Assembly: GCA_032718475.1 (NCBI GenBank)
Contig: JAUCBJ010007057.1
Location: forward strand, 1 to 64,000
Direction: 5' to 3'
DNA from: Nemertoderma westbladi
Taxonomy: Eukaryota > Animalia > Xenacoelomorpha
Length of the DNA: 64,000 nucleotides
Below, one piece after another: positions 42,762 to 54,713 of this stretch. The notes under the pieces were generated by a model. The model ran no database searches. It saw only the letters and a program-made list of their open reading frames with translations, and was not told the DNA's origin. The position numbers and the translations under genes are program-made. How positions within the stretch are numbered: the stretch's first letter is position 1; each line of letters starts with the position of its first letter.

Positions 42762-43393
42762 GTAAAGTATTTTATTCCAAAATTGTAACATTACTCAACG
42801 CCGTTAGTATTAACAGCGAGTTGTTATTTAGCACTTTACAACTTTAGAGGACATTTGAAGCATTGTATTGGCCTGTACATTTAGTATTGTATTTGGTGTT
42901 ATTGTTTACGTGGTAACCAATGGCGGCGTTAAGTAATGTCCACTAAGGTGACATTACTTAACGCCGTCATTGGTTACCACGTAAACAATAGGTAGAAATT
43001 TGCCTGACAGCCAGATAGGCCTACTGCATTACCTACCGGTAGGCGGGGTATAGCTATTATTAACCAGTAGCTAAATTATTAACATGGATCCAAACACCAC
43101 TATAAATATAAGCTAACTTATTTATAACATAATTTATGTCATTTTTACATTTATTTATACAGCAACTAATATAATTTGTGCAGTTTCTATCACTTATAAT
43201 GTATATGTACAATCATTTCGTAATGTTACAATTTTGGAATAAAACTACATACATACTTGTTGCAAAGTACTTTACAGTGTTCTGATCCTCGTGACTTTAT
43301 TTTCACTCACTCACTAAACGTTCGTGTAACAAAGTCACTCGGATCATCACACTGTAAAGTGCTACTTTACACACAAGTATGTAAATAGTTATT
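42762..43393 (+). mobile_element. ~630-bp composite palindromic repeat (MITE-like), copy 1
   Basis: Inner inverted repeats TTTTATTCCAAAATTGTAACATTAC, central palindrome 42901-42989 and terminal hairpin 43250-43383. An inverted copy lies at 45424-46068. Confidence 0.75.
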
Positions 43394-44229
43394 CTTTACA
43401 TGCTTAAACTTTATTTAAACTATAAAAAATATTTGATTTAAACAGGACTTTGGATAAACAACGAATTCATAAACTTTAATAAATATTTTCTAATTTTCAT
43501 AAAGTAGAGAGGAATTATACACAAAAAAGTCTCTCCATACTTTATAGTACTGTAACTAATCTATAAACCCCAACTCACATTGAAAACGCTGCCACCTAAC
43601 AGCTAAATTTGTCAAATAAAAAAATGCGAATGTTTATTGTGGATAGATAGAACGGCGATGAAAGTCGTGATGATTCGACTTGTACATATTAATGGTTCAT
43701 TTAACGGAAACGGAGTGTTGTGACTGGAGGAAACAGCATATAAACTATTCAAACTGAACAATTTAGACAGCGAATTTGATAAGATAAATCGATAAATGAC
43801 ATGAAGGCAAGGGAGGGGAGCCTTAACTTCATTACTGTTTGTTTCGTGAGCAGTTAATGTAGTTCCCCTAAAAACATCAGTGTCATGCAGCAATTACTTG
43901 CAGCTTTGCAATTTTTATTGAGGAAGTTCTGACATTGTTAGGAACCAAATTAAATGCGAAATCGATTTATGCCAACAATATCCACGAATAATATAACTGA
44001 AATTCAAATTATCCATAATTTATTTGCTCTACCATGGAATACTAAATATACACGGAACCAGATAGATGTCCGATACACTGTAGATAACTAAGTATAATAA
44101 CTCTATAGATAACTAAGTATAATAACTCTATAATAGCTTATTTTATCTTATGTACATTACTAATTCGTTTTAAAGTGTAACATTACTAATTCGTTTTAAA
44201 GTGTAACATTACGAATTCGTTTTAAAGTA

Positions 44230-45119
44230 CACCATAATCCCTTAATACAACAACCATTTTTAGGGGGTCGGAGCCCCCCCCCCCCCCCCCCTAATTTTTT
44301 TCAAATTTCAATAAAATGCTACGAAATTCGGTATGATGATAGATCGACACCTTTTCTTACTGGTGGCCTGACCGGATTTTTCAATTTCTCAGTTATTTCC
44401 ATACAACAATCCCTTAAAAAATGTCTATTTAGCAATGTTTAACCACCTCCCGTAGACTTTATTTTTACGTCTTTGAAATGTATTCTAGATATCATTCGAA
44501 GCGCCTTCGTCTGTAGATTCCGAATCTGAAAACCGTTTTAAATTTAACCAATAATTGGTAAAGATATTATCAAAATACTATTGTGTAAATTTAGAGACCT
44601 AAATCGCTATAATTCTGATGTTTTGTTGTCTTTATTCTAGAATATTCATTATTATTTAGCTGAGCGTTTAAAACTCTCCATCTTGTTTTTTCATTATCCA
44701 TAATTAATATTCTAGAATTGAGTAAATAAAACATTAGAATTATAGCGATTTACGTCACAAAAATTTACACCTTAATATTTTGATAATATCTCCGGAAGTT
44801 CTTGGTGAAATTTTCAACGGGTTTCATATTCGGAATCTGCAGATGAAGGCGGTTCTAATGATATCTAGATCTCATTCCAAAGACGAAAAATAAAGCTGAC
44901 GGAGGTGGCTAAATATTGCGAAATAGGCGATTTTTAACGGCTTGTTGTATCGAAATAGTTCATAAATTAAAAAATCCGGCCAGGCCACCAGTAAGAAAAG
45001 GTATCGATCTTTCATCATACTAAATTTCGTAGCATTTTATTGAAATTTGAAAAAAATTATGGGGGGGGGGGGGGGGCTCCGACCCCATAAAAATGGTTGT
45101 TGTATTAAGGGAGACGGTG
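44230..45119. mobile_element. TA-flanked palindromic MITE (~890 bp, Tc1/mariner-type target)
   Basis: Long inverted arms CACC..TCCCTTAATACAACAACCATTTTTA..GGTCGGAGC(C)n, with TA on both sides. Confidence 0.85.
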
Positions 45120-45141
45120 TATACATATTACTAATTCGTTT

Positions 45142-45400
45142 ACACCATTTCGCTTGATACAACAACCATTTTTAGGGGGTCGGGGCGCCCCCCCCCCCCC
45201 CCCTAATTATTTTAAATTTCAATTAAATGCTAGGGAATTTGGTATGATGATTACATAGCTGCAACAAGCTGTTGAATAATTTAGCAATGCTTAGCAACGC
45301 ATCTCGGTCGAATTTATTCTAGAATGTAATTCATCCAGAACCGCAGAAATCTGAAAACCGTTTTTAATTTCATCAAAAATTACCAAAGATATTATAATAA
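45142..45400 (+). mobile_element. Truncated second copy of the 44230-45119 MITE left arm
   Basis: CACCATTTCGCTTGATACAACAACCATTTTTAGGGGGTCGG matches the left arm, with internal deletions. Confidence 0.7.
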
Positions 45401-45423
45401 CTTGGGGATTGGAATACTTTGGA

Positions 45424-46068
45424 ATAATAACTATTTACATACTTGTGTGTAGAGTAGCACTTTACAGTGTGATGATCAGAGTGGCTTTGTTACACGAACG
45501 AATGTTAGTGAGTGAGTGAAAATAAAGCTACGAGGATCAGAACACTGTAAATTACTTTGCAACAAGTATGTATGTAGTTTTATTCCAAAATTGTAACATT
45601 ACAAAATGATTGTACATATACATTATAAGTGATAGAAACTGCACAAATTATATTAGTTGCTTTATAAATAAATGTAAAAGTGACATAAATTATGTTATAA
45701 ATAAGTTAGCTTATATTTATGGTGGCGTTTGGAGCCATGTTATAATAATATAGCTACGCCCTACTAGTTATTAATAGCTATACCCCGCTTACCGGTAGGT
45801 ACAGTAATGCAGTAGGCCTATCTGGCTGTTAGGCAAATTTCCACCAATTGTTTACGTGGTAACCCATGACGGCGTTAAGTAATGTACCCTTAATGGACAT
45901 TGATTAACGCCGTCATGGGTTACCACGTAAACAATAACACCAAATACAAAATGTACAGGCCAATACAATGCTGTAATGTCCTCTAACGTTGTAAAGTGCT
46001 AAATAACAACTCGCTGTTAATACCAACGGCGTTGAGTAATGTTACAATTTCGGAATAAAGTACTTTAC
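45424..46068 (-). mobile_element. ~630-bp composite palindromic repeat, copy 2 (inverted)
   Basis: Reverse complement of 42762-43393. Confidence 0.75.
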
Positions 46069-46527
46069 AGCATTAACACGCATGTGCTGCATATATATAC
46101 TAGTATGTGTATGTTAGAGGGTGCAGGCTCCACTGGGTCAATGACCTCTGTGGATACAGCCACGGGTAACTGGCGACCAGGACTACTTCTGGCACGCCCC
46201 CTAGTTGAATTAATTTACTGACATTAAAGATACCATGGAACATAACATAAACTACAGAGCGCTTACTATACGACTCAAGGCCGCACGCAGAAACATTAAG
46301 ATCTGTTGCTTGCAATACCGCGCAAGAAAAAGTGCTGCTAGACCTACAAGACACTCCCATCTATGAAACACACTGTCCCAAACTTTACTTATATATAATT
46401 ATATTTCTCTATGCTTCGAAATATTTATGTCATTACGATATTTTAGTCATACGCATGACAGCCAGACATAATTTTCAGTAGTAATTTGTTATATAAACAC
46501 ATTATAGTCAATACTAAAGGCCTTTAA

Positions 46528-47439
46528 CCCTATTTGGCCCGGGGGGGGTTCATTTTAGAAATTTTTTGTAATTCATCTCTATCTTTGAGTCAGATTTGTT
46601 GGGAAAACCAAGATTTCGTAACTAAAATTTTATGGGCTATCCAAAAGAGCAAATGCCATTTACATGGCTATGTTAGTTTTCGTGTTGTGGTCCCTTTCTG
46701 GCACCCATTTCCAGTATTTTTCGTGCTAAGACATTTCAAAAGTTTTTATGGCTCAAATTTATTTATTTGCGGTATTTAGAGTTTTTTTGGATGCTGTTCA
46801 CGATTATAGAACTCAATTATAACATTCGATAAAATTTTCGGTAATTTTGATTGTACCCCCTGGGGCACGACAAAAACAAACATTGCAAATATGATAATGA
46901 AAAATCACCACAAAATTAAATTGATCTTATGACCATATGAGTTTTTGGGATGCTGATCAAGAATATGGCATTGAAATATATCAGATTAGGGATTAGGGAA
47001 GTTTGGATATGTGTCAATGCGCGGTACGAAAAATACAAGTAGAACAAATTTTATAATTAAAAATCATTACCAAATCAACCTGGTTTTAAGACATTATGGG
47101 TTTTCTGGGACGTTCATCACGAATATGACACTCAAAAATATCGTATAATCCAACCAAATTCGATTTATTTTTCGTCCCACCAGACCAGCACCCAAAACGA
47201 TAGTTGCGTTACCACGAATGATTTTTATCGTAATCAGCGACATCGAAAACCAGTATAGCTTCCGAATTATAAAACCAAAAACAAAATTGTTTAGTTTGAC
47301 ATTTTTTAAGTTGGAGGCCTACTTTTCATCCTGGGGACCAAAATAACACCAAAAATTATGTATCGTAATCAGCTACCTCGAAAACCCTTATACTATGAAA
47401 TTGTAATTTTTGAGCCAAGATCTAAAAAATTTGATAGGG
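46528..47439. mobile_element. piggyBac-like non-autonomous element
   Basis: TTAA|CCCTAT ... ATAGGG|TTAA termini. Internal repeated GGATGCTGWTCA and inverted ATCGTAATCAGC motifs. Confidence 0.7.
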
Positions 47440-47859
47440 TTAAGAATTTCCTTGAAAATGAAACATTAGAACCTTGAGGTAATGTAAGTATTGGTAGTGA
47501 GAATTATTTTATGCGACTGTTGAGAACAAAATAATACTTATATTGATCATAATAATTGGTTGCGGTATTTATTTAAATAAGAATGTTTCACTGAATGTGA
47601 ACAATCAATAAACAATCAATCAGTCTCTCACTCACCCAAAATCCGAATACAGTAATTACAAATAAATAATATAATACAAATATAAGGCAACAGCATTTAA
47701 TCACTTTCGAATGTCAGAGATATTGATTTGGCCACCTGACTGTTTATAACAACTATTTATTCTAAACAATTTCTTTCCGAGATATAGAGGAATCTGCAGG
47801 CTTAAAGGAAGATAAACTGCAAATAAAAATATCATTTGCGGGATATATAGTACCGTCAT

Positions 47860-48839
47860 AATACACAGTAGGCCTACAATAAACTGTAGGCCTACAATAC
47901 ACAGTAGGCCTACAATACACAGAAGGCCTACAATACACAGTATGCCTACAATACACAGTATGCCTACAATACACAGTAGGCCTACAATACACAATAGTCT
48001 TACAATACACAGTATGCCTACAATACACAGTAGGCCTACAATACACAGTAGGCCTACAATACACAGTAGGCCTACAATACACAGTAGGCCTACAATACAC
48101 TACAGGCCTACAATACACAGTAGGCCTACAATACACAGTAGGCCTACAATACACAGTAGGCCTACAATACAATGTAGGCCTACAATACACAGTAGGCCTA
48201 CAATACACAGTAGGCCTACAATACACAGTAGGCCTACAATACACAGTAGGCCTACAATACAATGTAGGCCTACAATACACAGTAGGCCTACAATACACAG
48301 TAGGCCTACAATACAATGTAGGCCTACAATACACAGTAGGCCTACAAATACACAGTAGGCCTAAAATACACCGTAGGCCTACAATACACAGTAGGCCTAC
48401 AATACAATGTAGGCCTACCATACACAGTAGGCCTACAATACACAGAAGGCCTACAATACAATCTAGGCCTACAATACACTGTAGGCCTACAATACACATT
48501 AGGCCTACCGTACACAGTAGGCCTACAATACACAGTAGGCCTACAATACAATGTAGGCCTACCATACACAGTAGGCATACAATACACAGTAGGCCTACAA
48601 TACAATGTAGGTCTAAAATACACAGTAGGCCTACAATACACAGTAGGCCTACAATAAAATGTAGGCCTACAATACACAGTAGGCCTACAATACACAGTAG
48701 GCCTACAATACACAGTAGGCCTACAATACACTGTACGCCTACAATACACAGTAGGCCTACAATACACAGTAGGCCTACAATACACAGTAGGCCTACAATA
48801 CACAGTAGGCCTACAATACACAGTAGGCCTACAATACAA
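47860..48839 (+). repeat. 18-bp minisatellite AATACACAGTAGGCCTAC (~54 units)
   Basis: Directly visible tandem array. Confidence 0.97.
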
Positions 48840-49215
48840 TATCGTTACTACTGTTGGTTCACATGTTAATTCTGAAAAAAATAAATGATGTCGTTATTTT
48901 GCAGACAACCATTTAGTAAATTTAAACAAATTTTCTAAGTTTCGGTTCAAATCACGGTTTTTGGGTAACAATTAGGTTATATTATGCCAAAATTAAACAA
49001 AAAAAGCCACCACTGTCAGTTAGAGAAATATAAGTTTCATATATGATTTATACATTATGATTTAGTGAGTTTAAAATTTTTATAATTTAAAACATTAAGG
49101 GAAACTAGCAGGTTACAGTGGCGGTGTTTTCTAACCAAAACAATTAACGAAACTTTATTTCATATGCGACCAATTTGCGCCGTTTAAAGAGCACTTTTTA
49201 CACTTACCTGTCAAC

Positions 49216-49636
49216 GTGCGCCGCTATGTGCGCCGCTATGTGCGCCGCTATGTGCGCCGCTATGTGCGCCGCTATGTGCGCCGCTATGTGCGCCGCTATG
49301 TGCGCCGCTATGTGCGCCGCTATGTGCGCCGCAATGTGCGCCGCTGTGTGCGCCGCTGTGTGGGCCGCTGTGTGCGCCGCTATGTGCGCCGCTATGTGCG
49401 CCGCTATGTGCGCCGCTATGTGCGCCGCTATGTGCGCCGTTGTGTGGGCCGCTGTGTGGGCCGCTGTGTGGGCCGCTGTGTGGGCCGCTGTGTTCGCCGC
49501 TATGTGGGCCGCTGTGTGCGCCGCTGTGTGCGCCGCTATGTGCGCCGCTGTGTGGACCGCTCGCTGTGTGGGCCGCTGTGTGCGCCCCTGTGTGCGCCGC
49601 TGTGTGGGCCGCTGTGTGCGCCGCTATGTGCGCCAC
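49216..49636 (+). repeat. 12-bp GC-rich minisatellite GTGCGCCGCTRT (~35 units)
   Basis: Directly visible tandem array. Confidence 0.96.
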
Positions 49637-49689
49637 TATCTGAGTTGAGTACAGTACATTATATAATAAATTTAGTCAACTGGGCAACA

Positions 49690-49925
49690 GGACATTGCTT
49701 TCGCCGGGAGGACCAGCAAGTGGGAAATAAGCATGACTTTTAAGAGGCCTCTTAAAGGGCACTGGCGCAGAAACTCGACTAGCCGGCATAGCATTCTTTA
49801 TGCCCACTGCATAACAGCGAGCCAATTGTAGATTGCATTGCGGTGGTACAAAAATATTTTTGTTAAGCCAGCATAATCTCAATCTGCAGCAGCAATGCAG
49901 CAGGCCGATTATAGATAGATAGAGA
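49690..49925 (+). mobile_element. Degenerate 3' fragment of RTE-like LINE
   Basis: Encodes GHCFRREDQ, as in the LINE at ~10975-11005. Ends TGCAGCAGCAATGCAGCAGGCCGAT plus (TAGA)n. Confidence 0.65.
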
Positions 49926-50281
49926 CAGCGCTGCCTTTACCAAATAGATACCCACGAACAAACAACCTGATCTAATAATTTTATAAAGTCAGTAGGGAGT
50001 TTATCTGCATTATGGTTTAATTTTTGTATAATTTACTTAGATATTGTTAATATATAATAACCTTCTTATAAAATGATAAATATAAAATATAATAGAGTGA
50101 AGTCATGGAATGCTATAGAGATCTCTATATAGCATTCGATGAGTGTTGTATTATACATAAAAATATATGTCTCTACCACACCAATAAATCTGTAATTTTT
50201 TGCTTGTAATATTCTTTACAAATTTAATTTATAATACTCGCTCTCCGTTAATATTTTTTATTGTCTACCATTTTACCCCGC

Positions 50282-51462
50282 TGTTCGCGCTTTCAGACCT
50301 TTGGCAGTTTAACCCGCCAAATTAAGATGTCTTCTAGATATTAAATCGTTTTTAGTCTATGACAAGTATTTGATTCACTACACTAGTCGAAACCAATCTG
50401 TGCGCGACCATTCACCCGCTGGATATTCCCGGGAGATTGGGTTCGACGGTTTAATTTTATTGCTATGTAAGCCTAATGTATTATTCGACTGACAGTATTA
50501 TATAATCTCTGACAATATTATTCACCTTCGGGAATATTAACAGTTCCTTTAGGACGTGGCGCTTTATCTATATAAACAGAGTTATGACTTAAACTACTCA
50601 CAACGATATGGCTTAATTATAATTCACATATATGGCGCATTCTTTAGGAATTGCTTCTTTAACAGACTCACTCATACACAATGCTGCACAATACTGCACA
50701 CTAATCTGCCAATCTTCATTGATTTTAGTCACATATAAAAGGAACACAGACTGACTCATGTAGGGTCTATCAAATAACATTAGATTCACTTCAAACCACT
50801 TTAACATAAGTCACAATCGTTTATCTGTAACCCTTCTCTCTTACCTTCGGTATATCAAGAATATTGGGTTTCGGGGTTATTTATCGTTATTCCAAATATA
50901 ATAATTCATCAACCATATTATGAAGAACTGACAGTAAATAGCAGTATAAAACAACAACTGAACACTGATTGTTATGAGTTTGCAATGTTTCAGCAGTCAG
51001 TATGTATGATCAGTTAGCAGTTAAAGGATATATGTCCTTATAATTAAACCTACTAGTGTAAGACTAAAAACTGAAACACGGAGGTGCCAAAAGCCGGTTC
51101 TTAGGCTCTGGGCAAAAACATAACACTGAACTACTGAGTTTCTGTATATACCTCCAACACAGAGACAACAAACGCTCTGATTGGTCAACCTGAACAACGA
51201 GAGAACAAAGAAACAAAGAAACGTCGACGTGGCAATATCAGCTGCTAGCCGTCGTCATGGTAGCGACACTGTTTTCAAGAGTATCGAGCTTTTACGTCAC
51301 GGAATTACGGATTATGTCCTCTAAAGTACAAATACAGAAGAAATAGCTTTTATGTCCGCTAAAACACCAGTACAGCAAGGACACGGCCTTTTTATGCCTG
51401 GTAAACCAACTACAGAGTATTTTAAGGGAAAATAACCGACTAATTACGCAAAAGCTTTTACA
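50282..51462 (-). repeat. 3' LTR of copy C (~1181 bp)
   Basis: Reverse complement reads TGTAAAAGC...GCGCGAACA and is preceded by TGGGAGCGG. Confidence 0.92.
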
Positions 51463-51540
51463 CCGCTCCCAGAAGATGGGATTTAAGTTTATAAAATATA
51501 ACAAATCACAGTTTCTAAAATATAAAAATACTCTAAACAG

Positions 51541-53057
51541 TTAGTCTTTCTTGCGCGGACGGCGTTTACGCAGTTTTTTAAAGCTATCAAGAGTCATTTT
51601 CTCTTTGGGGGAAGCCACTTTACTAGGAGGGCCATAACTCCTGGGTGAAGGGTGCAATATGATTGCATTAAAAGGTTTGGGTTTACGGTCGGTGTCTCGT
51701 CCATTTCGATATGCTTCTCCTCGAGCTGATTTTCCTCCGCTTGTCATGGAATACGTTCGTCCAAAACTCTCGCAGAGAATAGGGTTTTCTAAGCTTGATA
51801 TCTTCTTTGAGATTCGAGGTTTCCCAATCGAACTGAGAGAAGGCCAATTTGTTTATCGATTGGACTTACTGTTGTAACTTACGTTTATCTGAACAAACGC
51901 AGGTTTCTTTTTGATCTTTATAGAATAGCGTTTACCTCGTTTCGTACAACGCTCTCCTTCACCTTGATGAAGGGTTGTATCGCGTTAAACGGGACGACCA
52001 TACGGTTGGATAGTGATATTAGGTGTCTGCGTCATAATCCAGCTAGGTAAGATGGGCGGCTAGCTAGAAATCACTGTCGGAGTGTTACCGATTAATTGTT
52101 AGGGTAGCACTAGATCTTGAACAGTGAATACTGTCCGCGAGGATCCGCGACACCACCAGGATCGCAGGTCTGAGGTCCAACTAAGGAATGAGGAGGTTTG
52201 ACCGAGTATTCCGGGACTCTGATCGTAGGTTTACTCTAGGATCGTTAGAGCCGAGTGAGCATAGGTGATACGTCAAACAAGTTTCGCTCGAAACTCCAGT
52301 AAATATAACGAACACAACTGTGTTTAACACAACGTTTCCGTGGATGTTTATGTCTTTCCGTTTATTGGCTGGGTCTAGGGCATTTACCGTAATAATACCC
52401 AAAAACGTACGTCTTGTAGGGGAAACGCGAGTGATCTTTCTCCAGCTTACAATATTCCTCCATCCGTTCGAAGCTATTCGGTACAACAGGTAGCGGTCGA
52501 TCGGCGGTAAGATACATCATAGGGGAATCGAGCCGTTTGAGTTCTACCATGCGGTCATGATGTATACCTTGAGGATATCGAGTTTCTAGATTTTGTTGAC
52601 TGGCAATATTGAGATATGTTTCTATCAGGAATTCCAGATAATCGTTGAAGTCGCTGCGTTTATCCGGCTCCTCAACGTCTTCTCTTTCGAGTCTGTTTCG
52701 AATAGAATTCTCGTGTTCCATTCTCGGTTTATCGTTCCGCCTCCGCTGGGTAGGATATTTCAATCGTACCATTTCCCTTTTGGTGTCGACATTGTCCGTA
52801 TCGTGTAAATCGATAGGATGACCAGTAGTTAAGAAGCCCATATACGTACCATTACGCTGCGTATATCGAGCAGCGAATTTTCTATAGTCCAACTCTCGCG
52901 AGAGCTGCACTTGGGACATTGTCGGTTCGATATAACGACCATCGTCCTCTGCAGCAGTTGGACTAACGTCGCCGCGTATTAAGCTATCAACAAACGCTTG
53001 TAAAAGTAGAGTATATCGCTCCCCGATACCAAGACCATCTTCTATCAACTCCGTCAT
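51541..53057 (-). pseudogene. Accessory cassette of copy C: frameshifted ORF2, degenerate ORF3, last ~50 codons of ORF4
   Basis: MTELIEDGLG ORF at 53057-52362. ORF3-like DNA runs to ~51697 and joins TDRKPKP...KKLRKRRPRKKD*. Confidence 0.85.
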
Positions 53058-53101
53058 GTCTGCTATATATGAGTTTATCCATATTATAAGGAGTTTATAT
53101 T

Positions 53102-53257
53102 TAGGCTAGCGAGCGTCGCTGCCTACTCCAATTAACCCCCGGACAGTACGAGATCCTCAGCGCCGATGTGTCGTCGCCGCGGTACTTTCGCCAACGACGT
53201 AGCCGCACAACGACAACGACAACCGGCACAAGTCACTCGACTGTCCGTCCCAAAGGC
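53102..53257 (-). promoter_or_regulatory. Conserved structured RNA element upstream of ORF2, copy C
   Basis: Same stems as in A and B. TATCG/CGGTA is replaced by TGTCG/CGACA, a compensatory change. Confidence 0.55.
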
Positions 53258-54713
53258 TTAGATGTACTTCAGGTTTTCCTTGGAGAGTTAGGTTACTTTT
53301 ACGATTGCGACTGGCTACTGTAAACACACCTTAGCAGTAACATTCACCTATAAACTCACAAATACCACACACACAACTTGTCACAAATTACACACATTCG
53401 GGCCATTTGTCCGTTAGTCAATGCCTTCCAGAATGTCACTGTATTAGTATGTATCCTTGGATACTAGCAGTGCGCTATTTATTCCCTATGCTATTCAATG
53501 GGACAAGCTTTCTATTGTTCTTTTAACTCAATTCTAATTCTAGCGTGGTTGTTGCTATGGTGACATTATGCAAAGCTAGCGGTAGAATTAGGGTGATTCC
53601 AATGCATACAGATCTGGGATGTTATTTAATAGGAATTCTTTAATAGTCAATGTCCTGTTTATACATGACTTTACGAATTTTATCGGCTATTAACTATGTT
53701 TGGGAGACTTTCGTACACGCCATACGCATAATAATATAAATCTCCGCTCCCTTGATCTATTAATTAATGGAATTTTGGGAACTGTTATAAATCGCGTAAA
53801 ATGGCAATTTATTAAATTCATTAAAAGACATGAATTTAAATTTATTCCCTGAAATTTTATTATTTGATAATTAAATGGGCATATTTTGATTCTAGAACAT
53901 GTCTAGGGACACAAGATCCTTAATTCTAAGAAAATTGTCTCTTTAAGAATATCGGTAAATGCTACGATATCTTAATTGACTAGAATTGTTGAAGGATCTG
54001 AATTTTACAGATTTTGACTTATTTGATTTGTAAATATTAACTAATTAATATTTGAGATGGGCACCGATTTATTCCAGAACTTGTCTGGGGACGTTAACCA
54101 CTGATTCTAGAATTTGTCTTTCAAGTATATCGGTGGGTGCCGCGATATCTTAATCGACTAGAATTACAGATGGTCAAAGGGTTTAACAGATTTATTTTGC
54201 GTTATACGCTACTGTTAAAGGGACATCACGCTACTATATGTATTATTTAATATACGGTATGAGAGCAATATCGCACGAAGCAATGTCAGTGTGAAGAGGC
54301 AAGTCGTTTCCAAGGTCTACCCAGAGCTTGGTTTAGCCGAGACACGAGGATCTGAACTTTGCATTCCTAATACTCTGCCTACCAATAATACTAAAATATA
54401 GTAGTGGCTTTATTGTACTTTGGTAAGTACAGACATTTCATCTTACTGTAGTTACGTATTTATAATATAATACGGACAGTAAGGAAAGAGAAAAAATAAT
54501 TATTTCTTCGCCGTCTCACTAAATATAATATAAGTAATTACGTACGTAATAAACACGAATATATTGCACTATTCTACAAAATAATCGCCAAAATAATATT
54601 CTACTAAATTAAATAAAACGATTATAATAAAATTACATAGTAATACATACATAAATATAAAAATGATAAAAATAATATAAAATAATAGAGTCACACGCCC
54701 ACTCCGAACGATA

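Noticed and set aside
43600-44060. Possible coding cargo between the inverted arms
   Set aside because: Plus frames contain stops, and the short minus-strand ORF has no recognisable motif.
47701-48839. Cys-rich or hydrophobic repeat proteins (CRPTVY, CIVGLL)
   Set aside because: Translations of an 18-bp minisatellite that is open on both strands.
49175-49743. CAAM, AHSG and VRRY repeat ORFs
   Set aside because: Translations of a 12-bp minisatellite.
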